Shown here: piece by piece, positions 1-11,455 of the stretch | Layout: each line of letters begins with the position of its first letter | Position numbering within the stretch: position 1 is the stretch's first letter | Assembly: GCF_036321535.1 (NCBI RefSeq) | Contig: NC_087472.1 | Span: 93,808,001 to 93,872,000 of the forward strand | Reading direction: 5' to 3' | Source: Camelus dromedarius | Taxonomy: Eukaryota | DNA: 64,000 nt | Position numbers and translations under genes: made by a program | The notes under the pieces: model-generated | The model's database searches: none | What the model saw: only the letters and a program-made list of their open reading frames with translations | Told to the model about the DNA's origin: nothing

Positions 1-146
1 CAATCAATCAATCTATCTATCTATCTATCTAGATAAATATATACATATATATAAATATGTATATATTTATGTCTATATCCAGCTAAATATCTATCAGTAT
101 ACCTACTTACCTACCTATCCAAGCATTCATCTATCCATCTATCTAT
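1..146. repeat. Degenerate (ATCA/ATCT/ACCT)n tetranucleotide microsatellite with AT-rich low-complexity sequence
   Basis: caatcaatcaatctatctatctatctatct...ctacctacctatcc...atctatccatctatctat read directly. Confidence 0.8.
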
Positions 147-744
147 ATTTAAAACTATGAGTTTATAATTAAAGTCCTGATTCCTTGATCAGGTTAGTGA
201 TCTAACATCATATGATAATATGAGAGCTCAGCTGGATTGGAAGCATTTTTAGCTGGTAGCTCATCCACTGTGATTAGAATTCCTTTTCTATATATGGTGC
301 ATTTGAAAATCCAGGTAGGCAATACCCATTGTCTATCCCTAATACAGCTGAGTGGGCCAACCATAACTTTAAAATAAGCCTCCTATGATTGGTTCTGCAC
401 TTTTTGTGGACTAGGGCCTAGTCTCAAATACATAGATGAAAAACAGATATGGACCCCTCAAATATTGTGTCACTTATCCTTGACTTTGGCCTGTACCCTT
501 TTAGCAAGGCAATGTCAGTGTGGGTATAATGGTCTCTGTTCCTCAGACACTATTGTTTTTGGCATTATGAAATCAAGGAAATACATTTCTTTGTAGATTG
601 TTTGTCATAAATCTTTCATAGTTACTAGTGTTTTGATGTTCCCTATTTTTATTGTTGATGTGTTTTTTTTTAAAACTTTTTCTGTATGACCTTGATTACT
701 TTAATGGCCTAGTTCAACATACTTCTTATTCACTTTCTTAATCA

Positions 745-1125
745 GTCATTATGTCCAGGTAATGCTTTAGTAACAACTCATGAATCTTTGTGACATAACA
801 TAACAAGGTTGAGTTCTTGCTCATGTTATGTGGCCAGTGTGGGTCATCTGGGGGTTATGCTCACCATATATGCATTCAGCAAACCTAAGGCTCTTCATTT
901 CACCATAGCTTATGTGATCACCTCCATGAAAATGTGTGAAATTATACACTTACTCTTAAGTATTCTTCCCAGAAGTGGCATATATCGCTTCCATCTACAT
1001 TTTGTTTGCAAAGCAAATTATGTGACCATACCTAAGTTTAGTGAGTGAGTAAAGTCTAACCCTACCACATACCTGTAAAGCAGAAATCAGAAAATACTTG
1101 ATGAACTGCACAGATGACTACTACA
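745..1125 (-). mobile_element. MaLR LTR, MLT1K/L-like (copy 1)
   Basis: aaggttgagttcttgctcatg ... agaagtggcatatatcgcttccatctacattttgtttgcaaagcaaattatgtgacc ... gatgaactgcacagatgactactaca resembles the recalled MLT1K/L antisense consensus; similar to 2648-3018. Confidence 0.65.
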
Positions 1126-2647
1126 ATCTACCTTCTTTTCAGATCACCAATTTCTCCCCATCCTACAGGCTAAATGGATTTATTCTTTCCTTGAGGAACA
1201 ATATATGAGTTCTATCTAGTCCAGTAAAACTGAAAGTCCAGTATCTCTGGTTGATGATTAGTAATTTCCACTACAGAAGATGATGTGTAGTATTCTATAT
1301 CAGGTTCTGATTTGTCTTCTCTTGATTTTAAAACTTATGACCAAAGAGGTTATCTTCCCCACACTCAACCAATAAACACTGGTGGACCAGAGAGATAGAT
1401 TGTGTATAGGAATTAGTCCTATTTAAAATATAGAAGAATTCGAGGGTATACAGTAATCACTTGTCTGTTTCAGTTCTGAAATCTTACTGGGCAGGTTATG
1501 TAAGGGACTTATACACAGTGGGTAGATAATGTTCCTTTGTTAGGCTCCAGTTCTGCTCCCTAAGCCATTGTTCTCCTGAGCCATTGGTTCTGCCCAAAAG
1601 GTCCTTCCCTTTCTGTTCTCTTCCTTAGCCTTAGAGAATTGGCCATTGGAGAACAATTTCTCCCTGACCAGTGTTTTAAAGTCTTCTTCCTGTTCTCATA
1701 ATGTTCAATAATCAAGTGTGATTTTAAATCACAGTCTCTTTTATTCCAGATTGTCTCAAGATCACGGTCAGCTGCTTATTACTTGATTTCAGTAAGCTCC
1801 ATGTGCCAACAGTCACACCTCCAGTTCTTTGGTAAGCAAAACCTTCTTATTTTGTATTGTTCTTTGATTTTTTCCAGTTTTATTGAGAAATAATTGACAG
1901 ACATCAAAATAGAAGTGTTAAGGTGTACAGCCTGATGGTCTGATTTACTTATACTGTAATGTCCTTTGATTTTTAAACCCTGTACTTATCCTTCTGGACT
2001 TAATTGCTGGTACTATGAGAATATGACAGTATTCTTTTCCTAAGACATTTTGTTTAACTGGAAGGAGTTTCTGGGTACTGAAGTCTTCATAGTGAGTCTC
2101 AGATGTTTACTTTGAGGTAATCTGATCCGTTCCCATGTTTCAAAAATCTGTGTGATGAGCAACTCTTAATTTGATCCTTCATGCAATTCTGAATTTTAAT
2201 CAGCCCTTTTTTGCTCAAATCATTTCTTAAACACTTCTAATACTGTTTGAGTTTGAGAGTCACTTGCCTTTTTCAACCCTACAAGTCCTTAAATTTGGAG
2301 ATTTTCTCTGTACTTTTTCATTCCTGCTTGCAAATCATCCAGTTATTTTGTGAACTCCCCTGTGTCTTAGTAACACCTTGTAAACACAAGCAGCAGCAAC
2401 CAACACTTACTACTAACATTGTATTATTTCTTTTCTTCTCATGGAGTTACAGGTTCATTAGGTGCCTGACCTTTTTTTGTTGTTGTTTGTTATTGGAGTT
2501 GAGAGTTTTACCAAATATTTTTCTGCTGCATAATATGAATCTCCTTCCTTTCATTTTCCACTAATAATTTCTTACCTCATCACTGACTTATCCCTAGGCT
2601 CTTTTAGTGGTTTTATTGTAGAAGCACCATTCTCTTTGGAAAACTTC
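1126..2647 (-). mobile_element. Putative MaLR internal region between two MLT1 LTRs
   Basis: ~1.5 kb non-coding sequence between two same-orientation, similar LTRs; size typical of MaLR-int. Confidence 0.5.
1873..1959 (-). mobile_element. Short L1 3'-terminal fragment with ~15-bp TSD
   Basis: ccagttttattgagaaataattgaca...aaggtgtacagcctgatggtctgattta (antisense L1 3' end) flanked by tgt(t/c)ctttgattttt at 1858-1872 and 1960-1974. Confidence 0.75.
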
Positions 2648-3018
2648 AGTGCCATTCAGGATGGGCAAGATTATACTGCAGTAAAAACAACCCCTGCTCT
2701 AATAAAAAAAAATTTTACTTCTTGTACATGATACATGTCAAATGTAAGTTGGCAGTGGGTCTTGGCTTACTATAGCTACACAGGGAACCCAGCTGACAGA
2801 GGCACCATCTGTACTTTCATGATCAGTTTAGCAAGGAAAAGATAAATGGCCTATCATGCACTGGCTCGTCAAGCTTCCTCACTGAAGTGTTACATGTCAC
2901 TTCATATTTCATTGACCAAAAAAAGTCACATGATCATGGGGCAGGAAAGTGGGCCTAACATGTGGCCAGAAATTGGGTAATGTGTTACATTTGGTAAACA
3001 GCATTAGTGACTGCCGCA
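2648..3018 (-). mobile_element. MaLR LTR, MLT1K/L-like (copy 2)
   Basis: tcaggatgggcaagattatactgcagtaaaaacaacccc ... gaagtgttacatgtcacttcatatttcattgaccaaaaaaagtcacatg ... ggtaaacagcattagtgactgccgca. Confidence 0.75.
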
Positions 3019-3904
3019 CTTTCTTTTATAATCAATTATTTTTTAAGAAAAGTCAAATCCTTGCATTTGTATTGACACACAACCATGCATAGTACTATAT
3101 CTTACTGAATGATGCTCAGTTCATTTAAAGGGGATAATAAGCTAATTGTAAACACTAGGTTGATAACAATGAAGCACTGAAGTTCAAAAACTGGAAAGAA
3201 AAAGTTGCTAAGAGATCCAAGAGCCATCTTCCGAAAAATAAGTGATAATAATTATTTAATAGGGTAATATTTTATTATTGCTAAAACACAAAATATTTTT
3301 CAGTATTAATGGCCTTAAAATTATAAACATTAAGTGTACACATACACATACATATGCACATAACCACACACATATGTACATACTGCATACACATATATGT
3401 AAAATGACATTTAATGAGATAACTTGAGGGGAAGAATATTGTTGAAATATGTATATTAAAAATTCAAAATACTATGATGTTTACTACCATCACAAAGAAA
3501 ATAAATATGAGAAAGTACATTCTAGTATACGTGAGAGAATGGTAAACAATACTCTACAAAGAATAACGAAGATGAGCAAAAGCTCTCAGTTATTTTTCAA
3601 TCAATTCATTATGTTTCTTCTTATAATAGAGTTCCACTCTTCAGTATTTACTCAGGAGTAGGTGTCTCTTCTGAACCACGAACATTTAAGAATACCAAGC
3701 ACTGTAACATTTAATGATCAAACTTGTTAAGTATACCTGTTATAGGGAATAACATTTTTCAATATTCTTTAAACAAATCATTAGCCTTGCACATACATAT
3801 GCACACTCATAGATAGAAGTATATATGTATATATTATATATGAATTTGTAAATGTAATTTAGAGCCCCTTAAAGACTGTCTTGTGATGCAACATTTATTA
3901 AGAT

Positions 3905-4125
3905 TTGGGAGCACAAGCTCTGGAACAAAATTGTCTAAGTTCAGTTCTGATGCCATCATGTCTATCTGTGTGAATATGCTCCTTGTGCTTCAATTTCCTT
4001 ATCTGTAAATTTGATATCATAAGCATCCTTCATTTAGCTTGTGTGAGAGGCAACTGGATAAATAAAATAAAGAACTTAAAATAATAACTATATCATAAAA
4101 AGTACTTATTATCTGTTAGCTAGTA
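3905..4125 (+). mobile_element. MIR SINE
   Basis: gagcacaagctctggaac...gtgcttcaatttccttatctgtaaa MIR core motif. Confidence 0.65.
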
Positions 4126-5502
4126 TCAGTATTTTAAATATAAATGCTACAGGCAGTATATGCTTACCTTCTCTTTAAACACTACTTAAAATAACACATC
4201 TTTAGCAAATTCAATGCAAATGCAGTGCAAAGCCTTGTTCTACATTGTTCACTTGATTAGGTTGTTGAGTACATGAACAGGGTACTAAGTACAAACATTG
4301 GTCATGAATCTGTTGCTTATTTCATCACTGTTCATGTGGACTTGTTAAGCTTATCTGCTTGCCAGATGTCAGTGTTCAATGGATTCTGCTAAAAGAAGAA
4401 ATAAAATGAAAAATGCTACAGATTATTCAGACATACGGGCCAAATCTCTGGGTAGAGGGCTTTGTGCAATTTCATTACCATGGCTCTCCAAAATTTTTGG
4501 ATATATATATAAATTCTATGTAAGTGTGTAGTAAAATATTATGTGTAACTGCATCATATGTTATAATATGCATTATAGCCTTAAAATTATATTATATGCT
4601 TATTCTTATATATAAGATATAAGAACAGTGTGTTTAAAATTATCTGGTCCAGTTTTATGGAGCATATAGTTCTCCGAAGGATACCCTGTTTCAAAATTTT
4701 GCATACTCAGTACAAAATCAGAACGTTATCTGCCATTTTCACACTTTCCTAGCTACATATGTATTACAGTAAAGAGCTTAAAGTAAATCAGAGATAGATA
4801 AAAAAAAAAATTTGCCCCGATCATATAAGATCCAAAACTCATATAATCAGGTACTTTATTCATCACCTACACCACTTCAAAATGCTCAATAATTTGAATG
4901 ATAAACAATCACCAAGGTGCTCAGATGTGATAATCTATTAATTCAAACAAGTTCATAAGGGTAAAATTTTGTGACTCATCTGTGGTTTTTATCTGCTTGG
5001 ACCATAATCAGTCCAAGAAATCTTGTCCTTTTGTCCCTCAAACCTAAGCCTCTACAACACAAAGCAATAATCTAGAACATTTTTTTTTTCTTCTAGAGGG
5101 AGATATAAATATACGTTGAACTAACTTAAAATACTTGTATATAAAAATGGGAAGATGATTTTCAGGTTTAAAAAAAGAGGACAGTGTTAGATTGAGAATT
5201 TTGCGTTCTGACTCAGAAAGGGACCTAAGATTTTACTTTGTATATATTTCAAACAAGTAAGAAGTAAGGCATGAAAAGCCTAACGTGGTACCAGCCATGG
5301 GAATGTTTACTTAGAAAATGATATTTAAAAGTTTCAGATTTCCTTGATGTATTCTAAATGAGGTAACATATTCCTTTAATTAGTTTTCATTTCATGCTAT
5401 TCTATAATTTTAAAGACAAGTTGTATAGAAAAAGTTAAAAGATACAAATTTGTCTTATCCAATGCTGTCAATTAAAGTAATGACATTTCAAAATTTAAAA
5501 CA

Positions 5503-8500
5503 AGGAGTGATGTCAGTAAGATGCTGGAATAGGAAGCTCCAGATTCTTCTTCCCACAGAGACATCTATTCAACAACAATACATGGACCAGTTCCCTTCAT
5601 AAGAAACTCAAGAATCAGTTAAGAGGCTTCTGTACCACACATGAGCCCCAAACCAGCCACATCAAAGCTGGTAAGAAAATCTGTGGCACACTCTCACCAT
5701 AGTCCCTCCTTCTGGCATAGAGCCATGTGAACAGGAGGAAACTCCCAGATCTCAGCTACTCCCTGGGTAGAGAAAGGGAAGAGTGGATTATATGTACGAT
5801 GATCTGACTTTTCAGTGATGCTGCCTAGGGACTGGTTTCTGATTAGCATGAATCAGTGCATTCAGGCTACTCTAGATGCCTGGGAGTGGCTGAAAACAAA
5901 AGACAGCTAGGCAATGAGCTGCTACTTCAGAGAACCAGTAGAACACCAGAGAGACACCAGAGGGACAGAAGATTATGAACTCCTGAAAAAAGAAATGAAC
6001 AAATCCCTGTAATTAGGAATCTACACACAGGTTTCCAGAGAAAATACACTCGTAGAGAAGGTTAGAGAGATCCCCAGAATCTCTAGCATGTTAAAAGAAT
6101 CATATACCATAATATGGTAGAATTTATCCCTAGGCTGGAAGGATGTGTCAACATATGAAAATCAATCATGTGATACACCACATTAACAGAATGAAGTATA
6201 AAAATTGCATGATCATCTTGATAGATTCAGAAATAGCATTTCACAAAATTCAACTCCTTTTCATGACAAAAACACTCAGCAAAAGAAGAATAGAAGGAAA
6301 TTACCTAAACATGATAAAGGCTATATATGACAAGCCCACAGCTAATATCACAATCAATGGCAAAAAACTGAATGATTGTCTTCTAATATCAGGAAAAAAG
6401 GCAGGGACACCCACTCCTACCACTTCAATTCAACATAGTACTAGAAATCCTAGCCAGAACAATTAGGCAAATAAATAAAAGGCATTCAAGTCAGAAAAGA
6501 AGTAAAATTATCTCTGCTCATAGTTAATGTGATCTTACATGTAGAAAACACTAAAGAGTCCACAAAGAAACTGTTAAAACTAGCAAACCAATTCAGTAGA
6601 TTTGCAGGATTAAAAAATGAACATTTTTAAATGCAATTGCTTTTCTATACACTAATAATGAACAATCTGCAAAGAAAATTAATAAAACAATTGTAGTTCC
6701 CATAGCATCATAAAGAATAAAATACTTAGGAATAAACTTAACCAAGGAGACAAAAGACTTGTACATTGAAACTGAAAAACGTTGCGGGAAGAAATTAAAG
6801 AAGACAAAAATAAATGGAAATTTTCAGCATCCCATGTTCATGGATTGGAAGACTTGATATTGTTAAAATATACTGCCCAAAGCAACCTACTGATTCAATA
6901 CAACATCTGTCAAAATCTCAATGGCATTTTTTACAGAAATAGAAAAAAATTTCTAAAATTCATGTGGAACCACAAATGACCCCAAAGAGCCAAAATAATA
7001 TTGAAGAAGAAGAACAAAGCTCAAGGCATTGCACTTCCTGATTTCAAAACATATCATAAAGTTACTATAATCAAAACAGAATGGTATTGGCATAAAGACA
7101 GAGGTGTAGTCTAAGAGAATCGAATAGAGAGCACAGAAATAAACCCACACATGTATGGTCAGTTATCTTCTACAAGTGTGCTAAGAATACACAGTGGAGA
7201 AAGGAAAGTGTCTTCTCAAAAAGATCCTGGGGAAGTTGGATACCCACATGCCAAAGAATGAAACTGGACCCTTATGTCACAACATACCCAGAAATAAACT
7301 AAAAATGGATTAAAGACTTAAATGTAAGACCTGAAACTGTAAAACTTCTAGAAGAAAACATAGGAAAAAACTTCATGACACTAGTCTTGGCAATGATTTC
7401 TTGGATGTAATACCAAAAACAGAAGCAACAAAAGCAAAAATAGATAAGTGGGACTACATCAAAATTAAAAGCTACTGTACAAAAAGGAAATAATCAACAG
7501 AGTAAACATCAATCAACAGAGTGAACAGCAATCTACAGAGAAAATATTTGCAAACTATGTATCTCCTAAGGGGTTAATATCCAAAATTTATAAGGAACTC
7601 CTACTACTCGATTGCAAAAAACCACAGTCAATAAAAATGAGCAAAAGACCTGAGTAGATATTTCTCCACTGAAGACACACAAATAGCCAACAGGTTTATT
7701 AAAAGGTGCTAAACATCAGTAATCATCAGGGAAATGTTAATTAAAACAATGAGATATCACCTCACATTTGTTAAGATGGCTATTATAAGAAAAAATAACA
7801 GTATGCAAGAGTTGGTGAGGATGTGGGGAAATTAGAACCCTTGCAACACTACTGTTGGAAGTGTAAAATGTTGCAGCCACAATGGAAAAAGAGTATGGAA
7901 GTTCCTAAAAAATCAATAAGAGAAATACCATATGATCCATCAATTGCACTTCTGGGTATTTATCCAAAATAACTGAAATCAGGATCTTGAATAGGTATCT
8001 GCATTGCATGTTCATTGCAGCTCTGTTCACGGTACCCGCAAGGTGGAAACAATCCAAATGTCCATCAGCAGATGAATATATAAAGAAAATATGGTACCAA
8101 CCTAAGTATCCATCAATAGATGAATGGATAAGAGAATGTGTGTGTGTGTGTGTGTACACATACGTACACACTCCATGGACTATTATTCAGCCATAAAAAA
8201 CAAAAAAGTCTTGCCACTTGTGACAACATGGATAGATCTAGAGGATATTATGCTAAGTGAATTAAATCAGACAAAGACAAATACCCTATGGTTTCACTTA
8301 TATGTGGAACCTGAAAAACAAAACAAAGTGAAAACAAATTCACAGATACAGAGAACAAACAGGTGGTTGTCAGAAAGAAGGAGGATGAGTGGGAGAGGTG
8401 AAACAGGTGAAGGGGATTAAGAGGAGGAAACTTCCAGTTATAAAATAAACAAGCCATAGGGATGTAACATACAGCACAAGGAATATAGTCAATAATTTTG

Positions 8501-9022
8501 TAATAACTTTGTATGGAGACAGATGGTTAGTAGATTTATCATGGTGATCATTTCCTAATGTATGCAAATATCAAAGCACTGTGTAGTACACCTGAGACTA
8601 ACATAATATTGTATGTCAACTATAGAGCAATATAAAATAAATAAATGCATACATACATAAATTTTAAAGATATGGTGTACACATAAAATGGAATATTATT
8701 CAGCCATAAAACAGAAGGCAATCCTGTTATATGCTACTGCTTGAATGAACCTAGAGGACATTATGCTAACTGAAATAAGCCAGTCACAGAAGTACAAATA
8801 AATACTGCATGATTCCACTTATATGAGATATATAATATAGTGAAACTCATACAAGTAGAAAGTAGAACAGTGGTTGTCAGGGATTGGGGGAGGGACAAAT
8901 GGGGACTTACTGTTCAATGGGTATGAAGTTTCAGTCATGCAAAATGAATAAATTCTAAAAATCTGTACAGCATTAGGTTTATAGTTAACAGTACTATTCT
9001 GTTGTTACCACAATAAAAAAAG
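5503..9022 (+). mobile_element. Old L1 (L1MA8/9-like): 5'UTR joined directly to mid-ORF2, then decayed ORF2 3' half and 3'UTR
   Basis: 5' end gtgatgtcagtaagatgctggaataggaagctcc; decayed ORF2 RT peptides in the ORF track (INHVIHHINRMK..MIKAIYDKPTANITINGKKL at 6143; EEIKEDKNKWK at 6782); 3' end taccacaataaaaaaa. Confidence 0.9.
8096..8665 (+). mobile_element. Younger L1 3' fragment nested in the older L1
   Basis: Second 3'UTR (caacctaagtatccatcaatagatgaatgg...tatgtcaactata plus A-rich tail) flanked by aa(a/g)atatggt at 8086-8095 and 8667-8676. Confidence 0.8.
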
Positions 9023-11269
9023 TATAAAAACCACTGAAAGATCAATAAAATATTACAATACTAAACAAGAGCAAAAACAAAGCACACACACAAATACATG
9101 TGAGATTCAAAACAGCAATGCTTCTGGAACATTTATTCAGAGAAGAGAAGCATTATTTGGCAAATTTGCATAAAAAATTCCCAAAGATATGGCACCCTTA
9201 CAGCAAAACAAGTCTTTGCAAAGAGATGTCCTGAAATCTGTTATCCTGCATATATTGGTTGCAACATTATTCCGTTTCAGTTAGAAAAAAGGGCAAATAT
9301 ATTTAATTTATCTTGGCCTTTTTTCATTCCAATAAATACAGACATATTTTCCAATTCTAAAAATTTACCTTATCAGAGGTTTTCCCTATGACAAGTAGTT
9401 TGAAAAGTAGGAAATGTATGTCTAGGTATATATCAAAAAGAAGATACTAGCTTTTCATTTCCTATAATTGTGAGATGAAAATTATTTTGGATTTAGACAT
9501 AACTTCATAAGTTTATCCTGTGACTATATTTATAAAACTTCACCAAAAAAAAATCTTTAACTCAAGAGTGAAATCATGTATTTTTATATTTCACTATGTT
9601 CTCCATAGTTTTCTGTACAGCTGTTGAAGTGTTTCTTCTTTTATCTTCTGTTGAAGTGTTTTATGGAGATTAAAGCTTAACTTCAGGACTTCAGGTTAAG
9701 CAACAGAGAATGAAATAGCTTGGAAGAGATAGAGATATGTGAAAACATACGCTGTTTCTACAGGAGTATGGCAAAGCAAGAGTACTGAAAATTGAAGTTG
9801 AATATGGCTTCTTAACTAACACAGTAGAGTTTTGCTTTATACATCCAAATCTCTTTTAGAAGATGTTTTTTGAAAGAATTACAGTGTCAGAGAAATTACT
9901 GAAAACTTAGAAATAAGGGAAAAATATAGACGGCATGTCTGTTTAATGTCACACAGTGGTAAAGGCCATCCAAGGATTATCTAAGGGACTGTACTTAGTT
10001 CATTTTTAATCTTTTTAAAAATAAACTGGTGTCTATGTGACTAAATAAATGAAGTTTACAAATATTATTTTTATATATTTATGAAAGCCTTGAATACACT
10101 TGTTTGAATTTATATGTACACTGGTGATCATCAGGATATATTATGCAAATATTCTTTTGGAAATAAACTCTCATTTTCTTTCCCCCCAGGGGATTAATAG
10201 CCTTATATTTCTCCCCAAAATTCCATATATCCTTAGAAATACACATATTAGCCAGAAAGTACTCATATTTTGATAATAAAACCTAATTGGTTAAAATTCT
10301 TAGGGAGTTGCTTATAATTTTTGTCATATCTGGCTTTGAGTTTAGGTATTTAGAGATAAGTAGAGCTAGAGATATATTAAGTTATTGACACAATTTCTTA
10401 CCACTTGACTTTATCAAGACAAGTAACCCTTTTTTTATTACTTAACTGATATGTTATTATATGCAACTAACTACACACTCACAAGGGCAGAAATGGACCT
10501 TTCTATTTTACTAAAGTTTTGGATGCTTTTTTGAATACAGGATAAATAATAAACTCTTTCAACTTAAAAGGCATCATACACAGCAGTACTAACTGGAAAT
10601 AGACATTTGATGAAAGATGAGATTAAAAGAATTCATACCTAAATATAAGCATTTATGAAGTTTATAAAATGCACTAATATTATTTGACAGGAATCATTTA
10701 ATTCTGTACTTGCCATTGAGCAGATTAATGGTTTCTCCATCTTTTAAAATCTCTCAATGTAATTCTAAATATAAATTTACTAAATATTGACTATTGGGAT
10801 TTAATATTCATGTTCTGTGTCTTTCATCTCCTCCCAGAATTAGGCCTTGAAATCAAGCTGTCTCTTTCAAAAAAAAATAATCCAGAAGTTAAAAACAAAC
10901 AATGTATTAAATAAATTGAATTTTCTTTTGGAGAATAAAATGATCAATTGGCTTGAACTTTACATTTAAACAGTTGTGTTATTATCCTATAATGATAGAA
11001 TTTTCCAAGTTAATATAACAAAATATATTAAAAAAAATCTAAAGGGAAAGAAAGTTTTATTTTTAGAAACCAACTTTAAATACATGAACTTTATATTTCA
11101 TCTAACTTATCAATATTTTAATATCCTCTACAGTTGACAATTTGGTTTTTAAAAGTTTGATATTCTAATAAAAGCATCTAATTAAAGCATCACAAAAAGG
11201 AAACTTATTCATAAAGCTTTTTTTTAAGCCGTACTCTTCTGCTCACCTCAGAGTTGGCACATTGCTTTC

Positions 11270-11455
11270 ACATTCAACATCTCTTTAATTTTTATCTCCA
11301 CAAGCTGTCTGTTAGACAGTTTGGACAGGTAAAATTATCATCATTTTTTCATTTTGGATAAATTAGCTCAGGGAAAAAAATCTGTAAATGTCTTACCTCA
11401 AGGTCACAAAGCAGTCAAGTGGCAGAGCCAGAACTTACTCTCTAATTCAGATCTT
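11270..11455 (-). mobile_element. MIR SINE (degenerate)
   Basis: cttacctcaaggtcacaaagcagtcaagtggcagagccagaact is the antisense MIR core. Confidence 0.65.

Noticed and set aside
9621..9662. 14-bp direct repeat ctgttgaagtgttt with a 13-nt spacer
   Set aside because: Only two copies; ordinary local duplication, not an array or CRISPR-like structure.
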